From contig OZ024742.1 in NCBI GenBank assembly GCA_964016885.1, positions 54,374,001-54,438,000 on the forward strand: a DNA stretch of 64,000 bases, in the 5' to 3' direction. Made by a program: the position numbers and the translations under genes. Source of the DNA: Eledone cirrhosa. Lineage: Eukaryota. The notes under the pieces are model-generated. The model was given only the letters and a program-made list of their open reading frames with translations, was not told the origin of the DNA and did not search any database. Positions 1 to 16,100 of the stretch are shown here, one piece after another; the stretch's first letter is position 1, and each line of letters starts with the position of its first letter.

Positions 1-1328
1 TAGAGGATTTTATGATAAGTAAAAGATAATGGTCAAGAGAAATGGGATAGGAGAATTGTTCTGGTTTTGTGAATATGGTTAGTTCGCTGGGGGAGTCAGA
101 ATTCAGATTTTCTATTGAATAAAGAAAGTAGAGATATGTATGTTTATTTGTTTGCTTGTGTGTGTGTGCGTGTGTGTGGGTGTGTGTGTGTGTTGTGTGT
201 GTTTGAATTTCTTTTTACTTAAAAAAGGGGCTCACGAAGGCTTTTTTTTAATAAACGTAATTTGATTGGTTATAAATCAAATTATGGCTGTCAGGTGAAC
301 AAGTTTTCATTAAATTTTCGCGCCTATATTTGGGAATGTGTGTATGTGTGTATTGGAAGATGATTCTATTAGTAGAAATGGGTGAGGGAGTTGTGTGTGA
401 GTGTGTATATGGGTGTTATGTGTGTGTGTGTGGGTGTATGTTAAGATGGAGAGAATATATATTTTGTGTGTGTGTATATATGTGTGTAGGAAAGTGATTC
501 TATTAGTAGAAATGGAGGAGTGGAGTTGTGTGTGGGGTGGGGGTTGTTATGTGTGTGTATGGGTGTTATGTGTGTAGGAGTATTGTTAGCATATTAAGAT
601 GAAGAGAATATATATATATTGTGTGTGTGTGTGTGTGTAGGAACATGATTACTTTAGTAGGAATATTTTGAATGAACATATTTTCCTTACTTATTCGTAT
701 TTGTTCTGTTGTATGGTCAGTGCAAACGTATGTTAAGGTTTATTTAGTTCGGGTTTTTATTTTCTAAAGTAGAAGGTATTATGTGTGCTGTATGTGTCTG
801 TTTGGATGGTTAGCATGTTATGGTGTTGACATAATGTATATTAAACCATATTTAATGCTGTTCCATATTTTTAAATAAACATATTTTCCTTATTTATTCG
901 TATTTGTTCTGTTGTATTGTTAGCGCAAAGGTAAAATGGGAAGACCTGGAATTTGGGTGTCTTATTACTTGCGCATATGTCTAGATGTGCGCTTAGTAGT
1001 ATCTGTCTCGTGGTTGGATCTCGTAAGTTTTGGCGATGAACTGACATTCTGTTTCTGAGTGTGAGTTTAGTTTATCCTTCATTGCATCCTTTACATTTAA
1101 TGGCATAAACTAGATTTTTTGATGAGCAAGTGAAGAGATTGTTTACAGTAAAATTTTGTCCTGATTTAAATGTATACGTGTTGCCTTCAATGAGGTGAGT
1201 GCAGGTTCCACAATTAGAGCGACCACATTTTTTGACACTTGGTTGTGGATTTGTGGTAGGTAATTTGGAATTGATGAGTAATGTTTTCAGTGATTTCGGT
1301 TGTCTTTTGCTTTTGATTATTTTGTGTG
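1..1328 (-). mobile_element. Inverted copy of the 3' part of the same PLE, runs off the window
   Basis: Reverse complement of about 2383-3730; minus ORF carries CGRSNCGTC linker and LVYAIKCKGC. Confidence 0.9.
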
Positions 1329-4101
1329 ACCTTAAATTAAGACCAATTGTAGCGGGCCCACAATGTGAAACACACAGACTGAGCAACTTTATAGACATAC
1401 TACTAAAGCCAATTCTCAAACACATACCAAGCCTTGTAAGAGACGATCTAAACCTCTTAAACCACCTCTCCCAAAATGTCAACAACGACACTATTATTAT
1501 CTCTTTTGATGGAGTGAATCTCTACACAACGATCCCACACCAATACGGACTAGAAGCAATAGGTTTCTGGCTACAGAAATATCCCAATGAGATACCTGAC
1601 AGAATAGAAAAAAGCTTCATCTCCGAGGGATTAAAATCCATCTTACAGAACAACTTTTTTGATTTCGATGGCAGTACTTACAAGCAAATATCGGGGACTG
1701 CGATGGGTACAAAAGCCGCTCCAACTTATGCCAACTTAGTCATGGCATACTTAGAAGTCCAGATATATGAACAGTCCAAATCAAAATACGGATTGAACTT
1801 CCACAAATATTTATCAGAGAATTGGAAACGCTGATTGTCTCATTCTTTGGTCCCACACACTCGACCAACTGAAGGATTTCAAAAACTTAATAAACGACAT
1901 CAATAACCACATCCAATTCACAATGGAATACAGCCAAGATCAACTCCCATTTCTGGACATCTTAAGCTTAAAAAAGACACAAATATTGAAACTGACATAC
2001 ACTACAAACCAACAGATTCCAAACAATACCTGCTATTCACCTCCAACCATCCAAAGCACACGAAGACGAACATTCCTTTTAACCTAGCAAGAAGAATTTG
2101 CACAATTGTCTCCAATTATGAAACGCGAAATAAAAGACTTCAAGAATTAAAGAAAATTCTACTCGAAAGAGAGTACCCACTATTACTAATAAATAATGGA
2201 ATAGAAAGGGCTAAGGCAATAGGCCTTGATGAATTACGAAAACAGAAACAAATTCAAGGTACGTCCAATATTCTATCATTAATCTCAACACACACCCCAA
2301 GAAATGCGGAAGCTTACAACACTATTCACAAGAACATCCCACTACTCAAACAAAACGCAAGGATGAAAAAAAGCCCTTGAAACACACAAAATAATCAAAA
2401 GCAAAAGACAACCGAAATCACTGAAAACATTATTCACCAATGCCAAATTACCTACAACAAACCCACAAACAAGTGTCAAATAATGTAGTGGCTCTAATTC
2501 ACTACTGGCTCTAATTCACTCACCTCTTTGAAGGCAACACGTATACATTTAAATCAGGACAAAATTTTACTGTAAAAAATCACTTCACTCATCAAAATAT
2601 CTAATTTATGCCATTAAATGTAAAGGATGCAATGAAGATTATATAGGACAAACTAAATTCACACTCAGAAACAGAATGACAGTTCATCGCCAACAATTAC
2701 GAGATCCAACCACGAGACAGATACTACTAAGCGCACATCTAGACATATGCGCAAGTAATAAGACACCCAAATTCCAAGTCTTCCCATTTTACCTTTGCGC
2801 TAACAATACAACAGAACAAATACGAATAAATAAGGAAAATATGTTTATTCAAAAATATAGATCAGCATTAAATATGGTTTAATATACATTATGTCAACAC
2901 CATAACATGCTAACCATCCAAACAGACACATGCACACACACATAACACCTTCTACTTTAGAAAATAAAAACCCGAACTAAATAAATCTTAACATACGTTT
3001 GCACTGACAATACAACAGAACAAATACGAATAAGTAAGGAAAATATGTTCATTCAAAATATTCCTACTAAAGGAATCATTTTCCTACACACACACACACA
3101 CAAACACACACACATACACACAATGTATATATATTCTCTTCTTCTTAACATGCCAACCATACTCCCACACACATAACACCCATACAGACACATGCCAACC
3201 CCCCACCCCACCCCACACACAACTCCCCTCCTCCATTTCTACTAATAGAATCACTTTCCTACACACATATATATACACACACACAAAATATATATTCTCT
3301 CCATTTTAACATACTCCCACACACACACACATAACACCCATATACACACACACACACAACTCCCTCTCCCATTTCTACTAATAGAATCATCTTCTAATAC
3401 ACACACACACACACAGGCACACAAATAAACATACCTATCTTTACTTTCTTTATTCAATAGAAAATCTGAATTCTGACACCCCAGCGAACTAACCATATTC
3501 ACTGAACCAGAACAATTCTCCCATCCCATTTCTCTTGACCATTATATTTTGCTTGTCATAAAATTCTCTAAATAGTCTACCGAATAGATTTCCAAATAAG
3601 GGCGCGAAAATTTAATGAAAACTTGTTCACGTGACAGCCATAATTTCATTTATAACCAATCAAATTACGTTTATTAAAAAAAAGCCTTCGTGAGCCCCTT
3701 TTTTTAAGTAAAAAGAAATTCAAACACTCATATATGAAAAAACAACATGTGACACCTCCCCCTTGTTTGAAGAACTTTGTAACGCGAACTGGCGCGAAAT
3801 TTATTATAATTATTGACCAACCAATCAAATTACTTCTCGAAAAACCTGGCATTTCGAGCCACTTTTTCCATATAAAACAAGTAACATTCAGAGACCAACC
3901 AGATGTGAGAAAAAGCCAGACCCTCCATCTCAACTCTACTTTTGAAAAGCAGAAGAACTGCGAAACCGGTAAAGGAACCAAATAAATATATATATTTAAA
4001 AAAAAATAAGACTCCAGTTGCATTTTCGATTCCATCTTTTTTTCTTTATACATTGACTCGTGTAGGACACCGGTTTTTTTTCATTTGTAAGAACACCTCA
4101 C

Positions 4102-4107
<6 letters not shown>
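1329..4107 (+). mobile_element. Penelope-like retroelement (Neptune-type linker), 5'-truncated, frameshifted RT + GIY-YIG, CA-rich 3' UTR/pLTR
   Basis: LRPIVAGPQCETHRLS, ISFDGVNLYTTIPH (RT motif A), QISGTAMGTKAAPTYANLVM (motif B'), thumb YKPTDSKQYL, GIY-YIG IYAIKCKGC..YIGQTK ending near 2882; motif C lost by a small deletion near 1830. Confidence 0.9.
3939..3974 (+). ncRNA. Minimal type I hammerhead ribozyme, U3-A8 core variant
   Basis: CTT-TTGAAAA-GCAG/aagaa/CTGC-GAAA-CCGG-TA-AAG near the PLE 3' end. Confidence 0.6.
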
Positions 4108-4146
<39 letters not shown>

Positions 4147-4222
4147 CATATACATACATGTATACATATACACACACATTCATGTATATACACATACACA
4201 CACACATACAAATATACATATA

Positions 4223-4316
<94 letters not shown>

Positions 4317-4429
4317 CATACATATACATACATATATACATATACACACACATACATGTATGTACACATACACACACACATACACATATACACACATATA
4401 TATATTATTTTATCATACATACATAGATA

Positions 4430-7220
4430 CTTGCATACCCATGCAATTTCAGGTGGTTATGTATCTTGATGCCCTTAGTCAGTAACGCATGAATCTATGG
4501 AAGCTAACAAATTAAAACGTTAAAAAATTAACAGGAAGGCATATAATTAGGAGAAGGGGATACTAACAAAAATGTACGTCTAATAGAGATAAAGTGAGAT
4601 GCTATTTAGAATGTTTAATTAGGTTTATAGTACTTAAATGTTTTTCGTATACGGGGATTACAAGCTATAATCAATCCTTGTATTTTATTCAATAAATTGT
4701 CCTTAGATTTAGTAATTTCCAAGATCTCTCAGGAACATAATCTGCATTCTCTCCTATTCCCAAGATATGGAGTTCTTTGCAGAATGGTATTCCACGATAG
4801 CTTGATATCTATTTTTTTTTATAGTTATTTACTGCTTCAGCTAAAGATGTGTTAACTAGTTTAGTATTGTTAAAGCTACTGGAGTGTGCGTAATATCTTT
4901 TCTTAAATGTGTTCGATGTTGATCGTATATACGATTTGTTGGAGTCAGTAGTAGACACAGTGCATTTATATATTACATTATTAATCAAACAGTTGCCATT
5001 TAAGTGTGCTGCTTTGTTGGCGATTTAGTGCTGGGGTTGTATTGTGATTTTGTATTATGTTGTTTTTGTGTTGGTGATTTGGGTGGTTGTGTTTTCCAAG
5101 TTGAAGTATTGTATTATTTGTCCTTTTAAAAGGCGCAGTCTTATTTAAATTATGTTGTGGTGGTGTGGTCATATCATTTTTAAATTTATAAATGCTGTAG
5201 TTGCTTATTTTTTGTTGGAGATTGTTTGATGTAGAGTATGAGAATTTAACAGTATACCTGTTAAATATTTGGTGGTATCTGTGGTTTGGTGGAAAATGTT
5301 TATGTAGAATTTCGAAGAATTTTTGGGGGATTTGTCCAATAGTTTGCAGGTTGAAGGATGCGTTGTACCATGTTATGTTTCTTTTGAGGTTTTTAGTTAA
5401 GTTCTTATTCTCACTTATATTAATGTGCTGTGAACTAGAAGAGTTCCTATGGGTAGTATTTGTATTTGTGGATTTTGGTAAATTGCAGTGGTTTTATTTG
5501 GTGTAATTATTGGGTAGATTATGAGAGGTTGAATGTGTGGTAGTTATATGTGAGTTGTTAACATTGGTCATAGATCGTATAGTAATCGTTGTTGTGGTTT
5601 TTCGGTTGTTTGGTGTGATAGGTATGACTCCATTAGGCATTTGTTTCGATGGTATTTTTGGTGGTTGTAGTTTTAGCTAGGTTTTGTAGTATGGTCCATA
5701 GTAGTGTTGGGGATATATGAAATTTTAGTTAGGGCCTCTCTGTAGAAGGGTGCATTTTTATAAAATATATCCTCATTGGAAGATAATTTATAAAGTCTAA
5801 GAGATATGTTATATACCAATTTTTTTAGTATAGAGCCAGGGTGGTTAGAGCGTGAATGTACATAGTGTAGATTCTGGTTGGGTTTGTGGTAAGGTTGATA
5901 AATATTCGTAGAGAGGTCTAAGGTAATGTCAAGGAAGTTAACCACTTTTGAGGTGTTTTCAAAGGTGATATTAAGGTTGTAATAGTCCTTGAGGAATTTT
6001 CTAATTTGTTTTTTGTTTTTCTCTATATTAGAATTGCTAAGATTGTTAGATATCAATAGACAATCATCCTGATAAAGACCACCTTTGAGGTGGGGAAAAG
6101 AGGAATGCATATTATAGAGAAATAGTGCAACGATGTTTGTAACTTGAGCAGAGTCCATGGATCCCATCGTTATATCGAATAAGTTGTTATATGTGTTTCT
6201 TGTCCAGTGTTCTTCTTGGAAGTTTAGGTAGGTTTTTCCAGTGTGTGTTATGATGTTGATTTCCTCAGTAGATAAATCCGATCTATTTCTGGCGAAAATC
6301 AGTGCTTTGTTTAAGAGAATTGGAAAAATCGAAGAATAGTAAGAATCGATGTCGAATTGTATGAATGAAGCTGAGTTTTTATTCTCGATGTTAGTGAACC
6401 ATTCAATAACCTGGAAAGTGTTATCCCATAATGAAAGTGTTACAAATTTTCTAATCTGCGGGATGATTCGATCAATAATTTTCTTGCTGTTAGTACCGAT
6501 ATCAGATTTTGATGGGCATATCAGTCTAATAGATGGGTTCGAATTAAAGTCAGATTTGTGGTCCTTCAGGTTGAAGTGCGGGCTTTTAGGTGTGAATAGC
6601 TCCGTCCTATCTTCAATATGGAGTTTTTATACTATATCACATGATGTGTTGTTCAAGGATGTCAGTGCGGTGGTGCTGGTTTTCTTGTAGTTTTTTCTAA
6701 GTTCTTTAAAAATGAACTGGTTATATTTATCGATGTCCATATGGTACAGATTACCAGTTTTGTTAGAATGGACATAGACCTTGTTTGAATTTTTCAGTTG
6801 CAGAAGGGTAGAGTCTAATTCCTTTTGGAATTCAGATTTGTGTTTCCTGAACTTTATGTTTTTAATCATGTTCAGTAGGGCGTTCTCAAAATGTTCAAGT
6901 TGAACATTATGAGGAGGATTTTTGTATGTGTTTAACATACCGGTACTTCTTTTCATTTGTTTTGGTTTTGTTGTCAAAATAATAGGCTCTCTATCGCATT
7001 CTCCTAATAAACTGGTTAATTTTTTGTATGAGCAGGAGTAGATATTCGTCTTTAGGTGGAATCGGAATATTCTTCAACGAAGTACCCAAATATTGTTTTT
7101 CCATTGTGATGCCGGAATTAGATAAAAGAAGAGCTCAACTAAATACTATAATCACAAAAGTGGAGACAGGTATGAAAAAATATATTGAAGGAGCAAGATG
7201 CACAGAAATATCCACGTATG
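4430..7220 (-). mobile_element. Near full-length degraded PLE (CxC..CPLxGxC knuckle type, possibly Hydra clade)
   Basis: Starts MEKQYFGTSLKNIPIPPKDEY at 7104; FDITMGSMDSAQV, GLYQDDCL, VNFLDITLDL, YHKPNQ; GIY-YIG near 4650-5000. Confidence 0.85.
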
Positions 7221-7830
7221 GTTGTAATTGCAGAAATAGAAGCGTTTGCCCCTTAAATGGAAACTGTTTGATTAATAATGTAATATATAAATGCACTGTG
7301 TCTACTACTGACTCCAATAAATCGTATATAGGATCTACATCAAACACATTTAAGAAAATATATTACGCACACTCCTGTAGCTTTAACAATACTAAACTAG
7401 CTAACACCACATCTTTAGCTGAAGCAGTAAATAACTATAAAAAGAAAAAAAATAGATTTCAAGCTATCGTGAGATACCATTCTACAAAGAACTCCATATC
7501 TTGGAAACAGGAGAAAATGCAGGTTATGTTCCGGAGAGATCTTGGAAATTACTAAATCTAATGACGATTTATTGAATAAAAGACAAGAATTGATTATAGC
7601 TTGTAATCACCGTATACGAAAAACATTTAAGTACTATAAACCTAATTAAACATTCTAAATAGCATCTCACTATAACTCTATGTGACGTAACTTTCGGTTA
7701 GTATCCCCTTCTCCGAATTATACGCCTTCCTGTTAATTTTTTAACCTTTTAATTTTTTTAGCTTCCATAGATTCATGCGTTACTGACTAAGGGCATCAAG
7801 GTACATAACCACCTGTATTTGCATGGGTAT
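7221..7830 (+). mobile_element. Inverted duplicate of the GIY-YIG/3' end of the 4430-7220 PLE
   Basis: GCNCRNRSVCPLNGNCL..VIYKC..YIGSTSNTFK; reverse complement of about 4430-5004, with symmetry continuing into the microsatellite tails 4110-4430 and 7830-8050. Confidence 0.9.
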
Positions 7831-7948
7831 ACATGTATCTATGTATGTATGATAAAATAATATATATATGTGTGTATATGTGTATGTGTGTGTGTATGTG
7901 TACATACATGTATGTGTGTGTATATGTATATATGTATGTATATGTATG

Positions 7949-8023
<75 letters not shown>

Positions 8024-8394
8024 CTGTGCGTGTATGTATGTATATGTATATGTATATATCTATGTATGCGTATGTATGTTTTTAATGGAGTATCTATGTA
8101 ATTATATCTCTGTCTATATATGTGAGTATATGTACTTTTGTGATCTAGGAAAATTATCTGTTTCGGCTATATGTCAACATGCATTTATCTGGGATTGATT
8201 ACTTATACATAGACACACTTGAAAATATTTACTATTTTATATTTTATAATACATTATACGCTATACTATACTATATACAATGTACCATACAGCACTATAT
8301 TATATTACATTATATTATTATATTATATTACATTATATTATATTATATATATTATATTATTATATTATATTACATTATATTATATTATAAACCG

Positions 8395-8561
8395 GTGGAT
8401 TGGCAGTATCGGTAGAGAGTCGGACGCCAAGCTTTCCAGCATAGTTACGTCCCTTTACGGTCTGAGTTCAAATCCTGCCGAGGTTCACTTTGCCTTTCAT
8501 TATTACAGGATCGATAAAATAATGTACCAGTAATGTACTGGTAATTGCAAAAGTAGAAACA
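8395..8561 (+). mobile_element. tRNA-derived SINE
   Basis: A-box-like TGGCAGTATCGG, B-box-like GAGTTCAAATCC, body CTTTGCCTTTCAT..GATAAAATAA; homologous to 46080-46265. Confidence 0.75.
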
Positions 8562-9322
8562 ATTATATTATTGTATTTTATTATCTTATTATAATTTTCA
8601 TCTTTTAATATACTATCCTTCCTAGTTATGACCATTACTTTACCTATCTATATTTATCCTAGTTATTTCCGTATATTTTATATTTCTTTATTTATATTCA
8701 CCTAAAAACTCCATACAACACAACTCAACATATAATTTTTACATCCCTTTTTAAACTTCACTCCACCATCTACATTCCACTATCAATACAACAATACCTT
8801 TTCTTCATAGGTTCTCCATAGTAATTCTATTTTTAACACCATTCAACAATTCCTTTCAAAAGGTCATGACCTTAACTAAAATGAGTTATATTTCGTCTTA
8901 ACATCATATGGCAAAGCACCATTTGATTGGTCTGTTCTGCAGCTACCTACAAATAAGGTCATAGAACTCAATTTACTATTGATTTTGAATAAAATGTTCA
9001 TAGATTTTGACAACGGCTGACGATATACACGTACGTAAATATATTCCTTATTTGATATTTTGTAACTAACCTTACATAGATCGATAACGAAATATGCGTA
9101 CGATGTATTAATATCACCTAGAAACGATCGTAAAGCAGTGAAGTATATTCCTAATTACTTGAATTTTATTTCATTGTTCTAACTTATATCATGACTCTGT
9201 TTTCCTTTTGATGTTTTATTGTTTTTAGGGATTTATTTTAACCTACAACATTTTCAACATATGGATTACATTGAGTGCTTCATGCAGACTAGACCCCACA
9301 ACTAACCGTGGGTATTTCTGTG

Positions 9323-9390
<68 letters not shown>

Positions 9391-9566
9391 AAAGTTTTAT
9401 TTAAAATTGTTGGGTTACAACGAGTAAATATTTTATAACTGATATAAAAGCACTCGACAAGTTTTGGAGTAGGTTTACGATATTAAACAAATGGAAACTA
9501 TATTTATAAAACCATATTTATTTCATTATATATATTTCAGGGATATCATATTAAAAATATATATTG

Positions 9567-9632
9567 TATTTTGTCTGAGGAAGGCATACCATATTTTTAA
9601 TATGATATCCCTGAAATATATATAATGAAATA
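9567..9632 (+). ncRNA. Type I hammerhead ribozyme in a short fold-back unit (9389-9675)
   Basis: TATTTTGT-CTGAGGA-AGG..CCT-GAAA-TATATA-TA-ATGAAATA; 9477-9560 is an inverted copy of 9591-9675. Confidence 0.7.
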
Positions 9633-9672
9633 AATATGGTTTTATAAATATAGTTTCCATTTGTCTAATATC

Positions 9673-9736
<64 letters not shown>

Positions 9737-9773
9737 CAATATATATATATAATTATATATATATATATATAAT

Positions 9774-9805
<32 letters not shown>

Positions 9806-9827
9806 ATTATGTATATATATATACATG

Positions 9828-9897
<70 letters not shown>

Positions 9898-10022
9898 TAT
9901 ATACATACATATATTATTCAAAATATTAATAAATGGATACATTCACATAATTACAATTCCAGTCTTCTGCCAAGACTGGAATTGAACCAGCACCACAGTT
10001 GAGGTATGGCAAGACTCAATTT

Positions 10023-10092
10023 ATGTATTTTATCTGATGAGGACGTACTGAAAAAACAACTCAGTACCTCCGAAATATATATAATAAAACAT
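10023..10092 (+). ncRNA. Type I hammerhead ribozyme in a short inverted-repeat unit (about 9910-10230)
   Basis: ATGTATTTTAT-CTGATGA-GGAcGTACTGA..TCAGTACcTCC-GAAA-TATATA-TA-ATAAAACAT. Confidence 0.8.
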
Positions 10093-10233
10093 ATTTTTAT
10101 TATGTGATTGTATCCATTTATTAATATTTTGAATAATATTAATAACTCCAGTAAAAGTGGCTGTTGAGTGCTTTTAATCTATTGTAAAACTGTATTCATT
10201 GAATAATCAATGAATCCTGTTTAACATTTGGGT

Positions 10234-10305
<72 letters not shown>

Positions 10306-10346
10306 ATACTTTGGGAGGGTCATGTTGCTAAACAAATTCAGAAACG

Positions 10347-12683
<2,337 letters not shown>

Positions 12684-13082
12684 ACCAAAATTAAATAGAA
12701 AACATGAATGGAATAGCAATATAACAACTTACAATTATGGACAAAATGAAAACACACATATACATACAACAAACAACCAGTAACATGTAAATAAACAAAT
12801 AAATAAACAAATATGAACGCACACTGACACCCGGATGTAACACATGCGCAAACTAAGCACACACCACACACAAAAACAAGATGGCGTAGGAAAGAACAAA
12901 GGAGAGGCACAACAACAAAGAAAAGAATGCCCATCACGGAAGAGGTCACATAATGTGTGACGAAACAACTTTGTGGAACCAAACAACCAACCGGAAATTT
13001 ATAAATTTAATTTATTAGTAAATTGGAGTGAAAGCAACTGGTGCGTGTGTTTCTTATTGGCAACATGACCCTCCCAAAGCAT

Positions 13083-13087
<5 letters not shown>
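12684..13087 (+). mobile_element. 3' terminal fragment of the PLE family at 19366-20922
   Basis: Encodes [16 protein letters not shown]; reverse-complement homology to about 19420-19890. Confidence 0.85.
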
Positions 13088-13151
<64 letters not shown>

Positions 13152-13152
<1 letters not shown>

Positions 13153-16100
13153 TACCAGATACACACAGCGTTGCCCAGGAATGAAATTGTTCCTTATATA
13201 TTAGAAGAAAAAAGCAAAATATGTTGTATAGAAATTCGTTATACCAAATACAATTTATTCTTCAATTTGGATACATGGTGAATTAGATTCTGAATTCATA
13301 ATACAAATTTCTAAGAAACAATATTGGGACTCTTATCTTCAGAAAAAGTTTAAGTGGGGGAGTTCCAGGTGGCTCAAGAGAATTATTGTACTCTGTTGGT
13401 TAGTGGACATCGTGATTTTCATCAAGGACTGAATCAACTCATTTGTTCTCCTTAATGACTGTTGGAATCGTATTCATTAATACATGGTTAATCCTTGCTA
13501 CAGTCTCATATTTTGGAGCAAGAATTGCCCTTTCACACAACCATTTATGTGATTATAATTATTAGTTAAGTCTGGAAATACCCTGTTCTTCAATTCAACT
13601 GTGGAATTCACCATGAGCCAAATTGATATTACCATTCCCATCAATTGGTACTTTCCCATATCCTAATTGAGGGAGCCGGGTTGAAAACTGTTCTACCCAT
13701 TGGTCCCCAAGCTTGCATGTTAGTATTGAAGGAGAATTTCTGTACTTCATTCCATAAGTGCGAAGACTTAATGCATGTTTTTATTTCATCAGCTCTTGTT
13801 CCACTCGGAATGATTGTTAATGTATGTCTGAAGTCTCCTGATAAAACTAATGTAACTCCTCCCATAGATTTATTGTTGCCTCTTATGTCCTGTAACGTCT
13901 TATCAAGAGTTTCCATTTCACCTCTATGTGACATGATGCATTCATCCCAAATGATCAGGTAACATTGGCGTAACACTTCTGCTGAACCTGAACCTTTGCT
14001 TCTGTTACAAATTGGACTGTCATTTATGACTAGGTTTAGCGGTAATTTAAAATAAGAATGAGCTGTTCGTCCTCTTGGGAGAAAGGTGGCAGCAATGCCA
14101 GACGATGCTACAGCAACTGCAATTATTTTTGTTACCTTACCTTGGAGAGAAGCAATGTTGTTACAAATGTTTTATCTGTGGCACCAGATGAGAAGAAAGA
14201 AAATTCCTCCACGTTTTTCTCTGACTGACGAAATAATTTTATCATATGCACAGTGTTGTTCTGGAAGAAGTTTATGTTCATGTTCATTCACAAATGCAGC
14301 CAACTCTGTGATGTCATGAATTGTCTTTCTTGCTATGTCTCTCGAAGTTAAATCACTAATTTGACGGTTTGGTCTTGGCAGGCCAGAGCCAGACTCTTGC
14401 GAATTGTTGCCCCCCATGGCCAAAACTTGATCCTCAATTTCAATCAGTGCTTGATTAAAGAAATGTTCAGAGAATTGAATACTGATATCTGGGTTTGCCT
14501 GCTGAACTGCATACTTTAAGTCCTCAGTCATGTCCTCACGATGTTTCATCCAAAGCTGTAGGGGACTGCCAAGTTGACACATGTTCAGCATAATTTCCTT
14601 GGAGAATCTGACACGGGTGCTTCAGTCAATGCAAGGTCCCAATGCTCATCATTTTCTAAAAAAACCTTGTTGATAGCATGCTTCCCTTTAAGTTTCACAT
14701 ACATGACCATTTACCCTCCTCGAATCTTGGAATGATTTGAGACCACGTACGTGATGCAAAAGGAGCCGTCAGTAGTAGCATTCTGCTTGGCTTGGGTTGA
14801 CACTGTAAACTCTTGCAAACCATCAGCCCCACGTTTACTCTTGTGCCATTTATTGTTTCTCCAGGTATAATACCTGGGTAATTCTATGTAAAAGAGTTTT
14901 CTTGCATCTTCATCTTCTTGACACAACTTAAAAAAGGCAGTTATGGTATTTTCTTTTCGAAAAAGTGCTTTTTGCAAGGCTGTTTGTTTTGTAAAGATAA
15001 CTCTTTGGCCCTTTTATAGATGGACACATAGATGAATGATGGCTGGGTGCCTCTCATTAATGGGAAAATTGAAGATGCGCCAAAAAGCCTTATTGCTACT
15101 GATGAATCTTCCTCTCTCATTCTGTGTAACTTTGTCATTTTTATTTATCTGGTGACTGCCATTCTGCATAAGAGTGTACAGGTTGCTGCATCTAAACCTT
15201 TGTATATATATTTGCAAACATACTTAATAGACTTAATAAATTTAACAGAGATGCAGAATTCAACATTGATATGGGCTTTCAAAATGTTTGTAAGAAGAGG
15301 ACAGTAGGGTACAACCCACCAATTGTCAATGATGAATTCTTGCCCATTTCTTATTTTTCTTTTCGAAGTAAATCCACCAGCGCCAGGCTTCGTCTCCTGT
15401 AAAAAGGGGTAGCCACCTTCTCCGGTTTGGGTTTCTTGTATAGAGTGACGTGGGTAGTCCTTGGTACACTTATTATCCCTCATGCATGGGAAGTATGGTT
15501 TAATTTAATCAAAGGGCCCATGGACTTGACAATTTCATGCAGCAAAGGATCTTGCTGTGGATCAAGAAGTTCAGCTGAGATCAATAAATCAATATCATTT
15601 GGCCAATGTTTTCCATGTAACCAAATCAAAATATGGGCATGTGGTGCCAATCCTCGTTTTTGCCATTCAATAGTTTATATGTCACATTTGATTGGTTCAA
15701 ATACTTCCCATTTTTTCAAGAGATCCATCAGCTTTATCACTTTAAGTCTGAACACCTTAGCTATAATATCATGGCGATCTTTGGGTTCTTTATGAAGATG
15801 AAGCTCACACTTTATTTCATGCCATGTTGGGTTACATGCGAATGTAATGAAGAGGTCTGGACGACCATAGTGTCTGACATATGTAAGTGAATCTAGGGTA
15901 CGCTCATGGATATGCCGTGGATTTCCTGTAAAGCTTGATGGAAGAATAACTCAAAGCTGTCCAAAGTTATCAACAGCCAATACTCCTTCATTATTAATTG
16001 CGTCTCTCAGGTGAAAGATGCATGGAGACTTTTTTGTGTTCATGTAAAGAAGCCTTTCTCCTTCAGTTTTTGCATACATATCAACTGCAAAATCCTGGAA

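Noticed and set aside
1199-1834. 211-aa ORF as a novel N-terminally extended RT
   Set aside because: It reads across the inversion junction at about 1328; the first 43 codons are antisense PLE
1826-1840. In-frame TGA as selenocysteine recoding
   Set aside because: Comparison with WKRYLDDC at about 50794 shows the stop comes from a deletion
7028-7555. Stand-alone GIY-YIG gene, or PLE with N-terminal endonuclease
   Set aside because: Chimeric ORF across the inverted duplication; the endonuclease is the inverted 3' copy on the opposite strand to the RT
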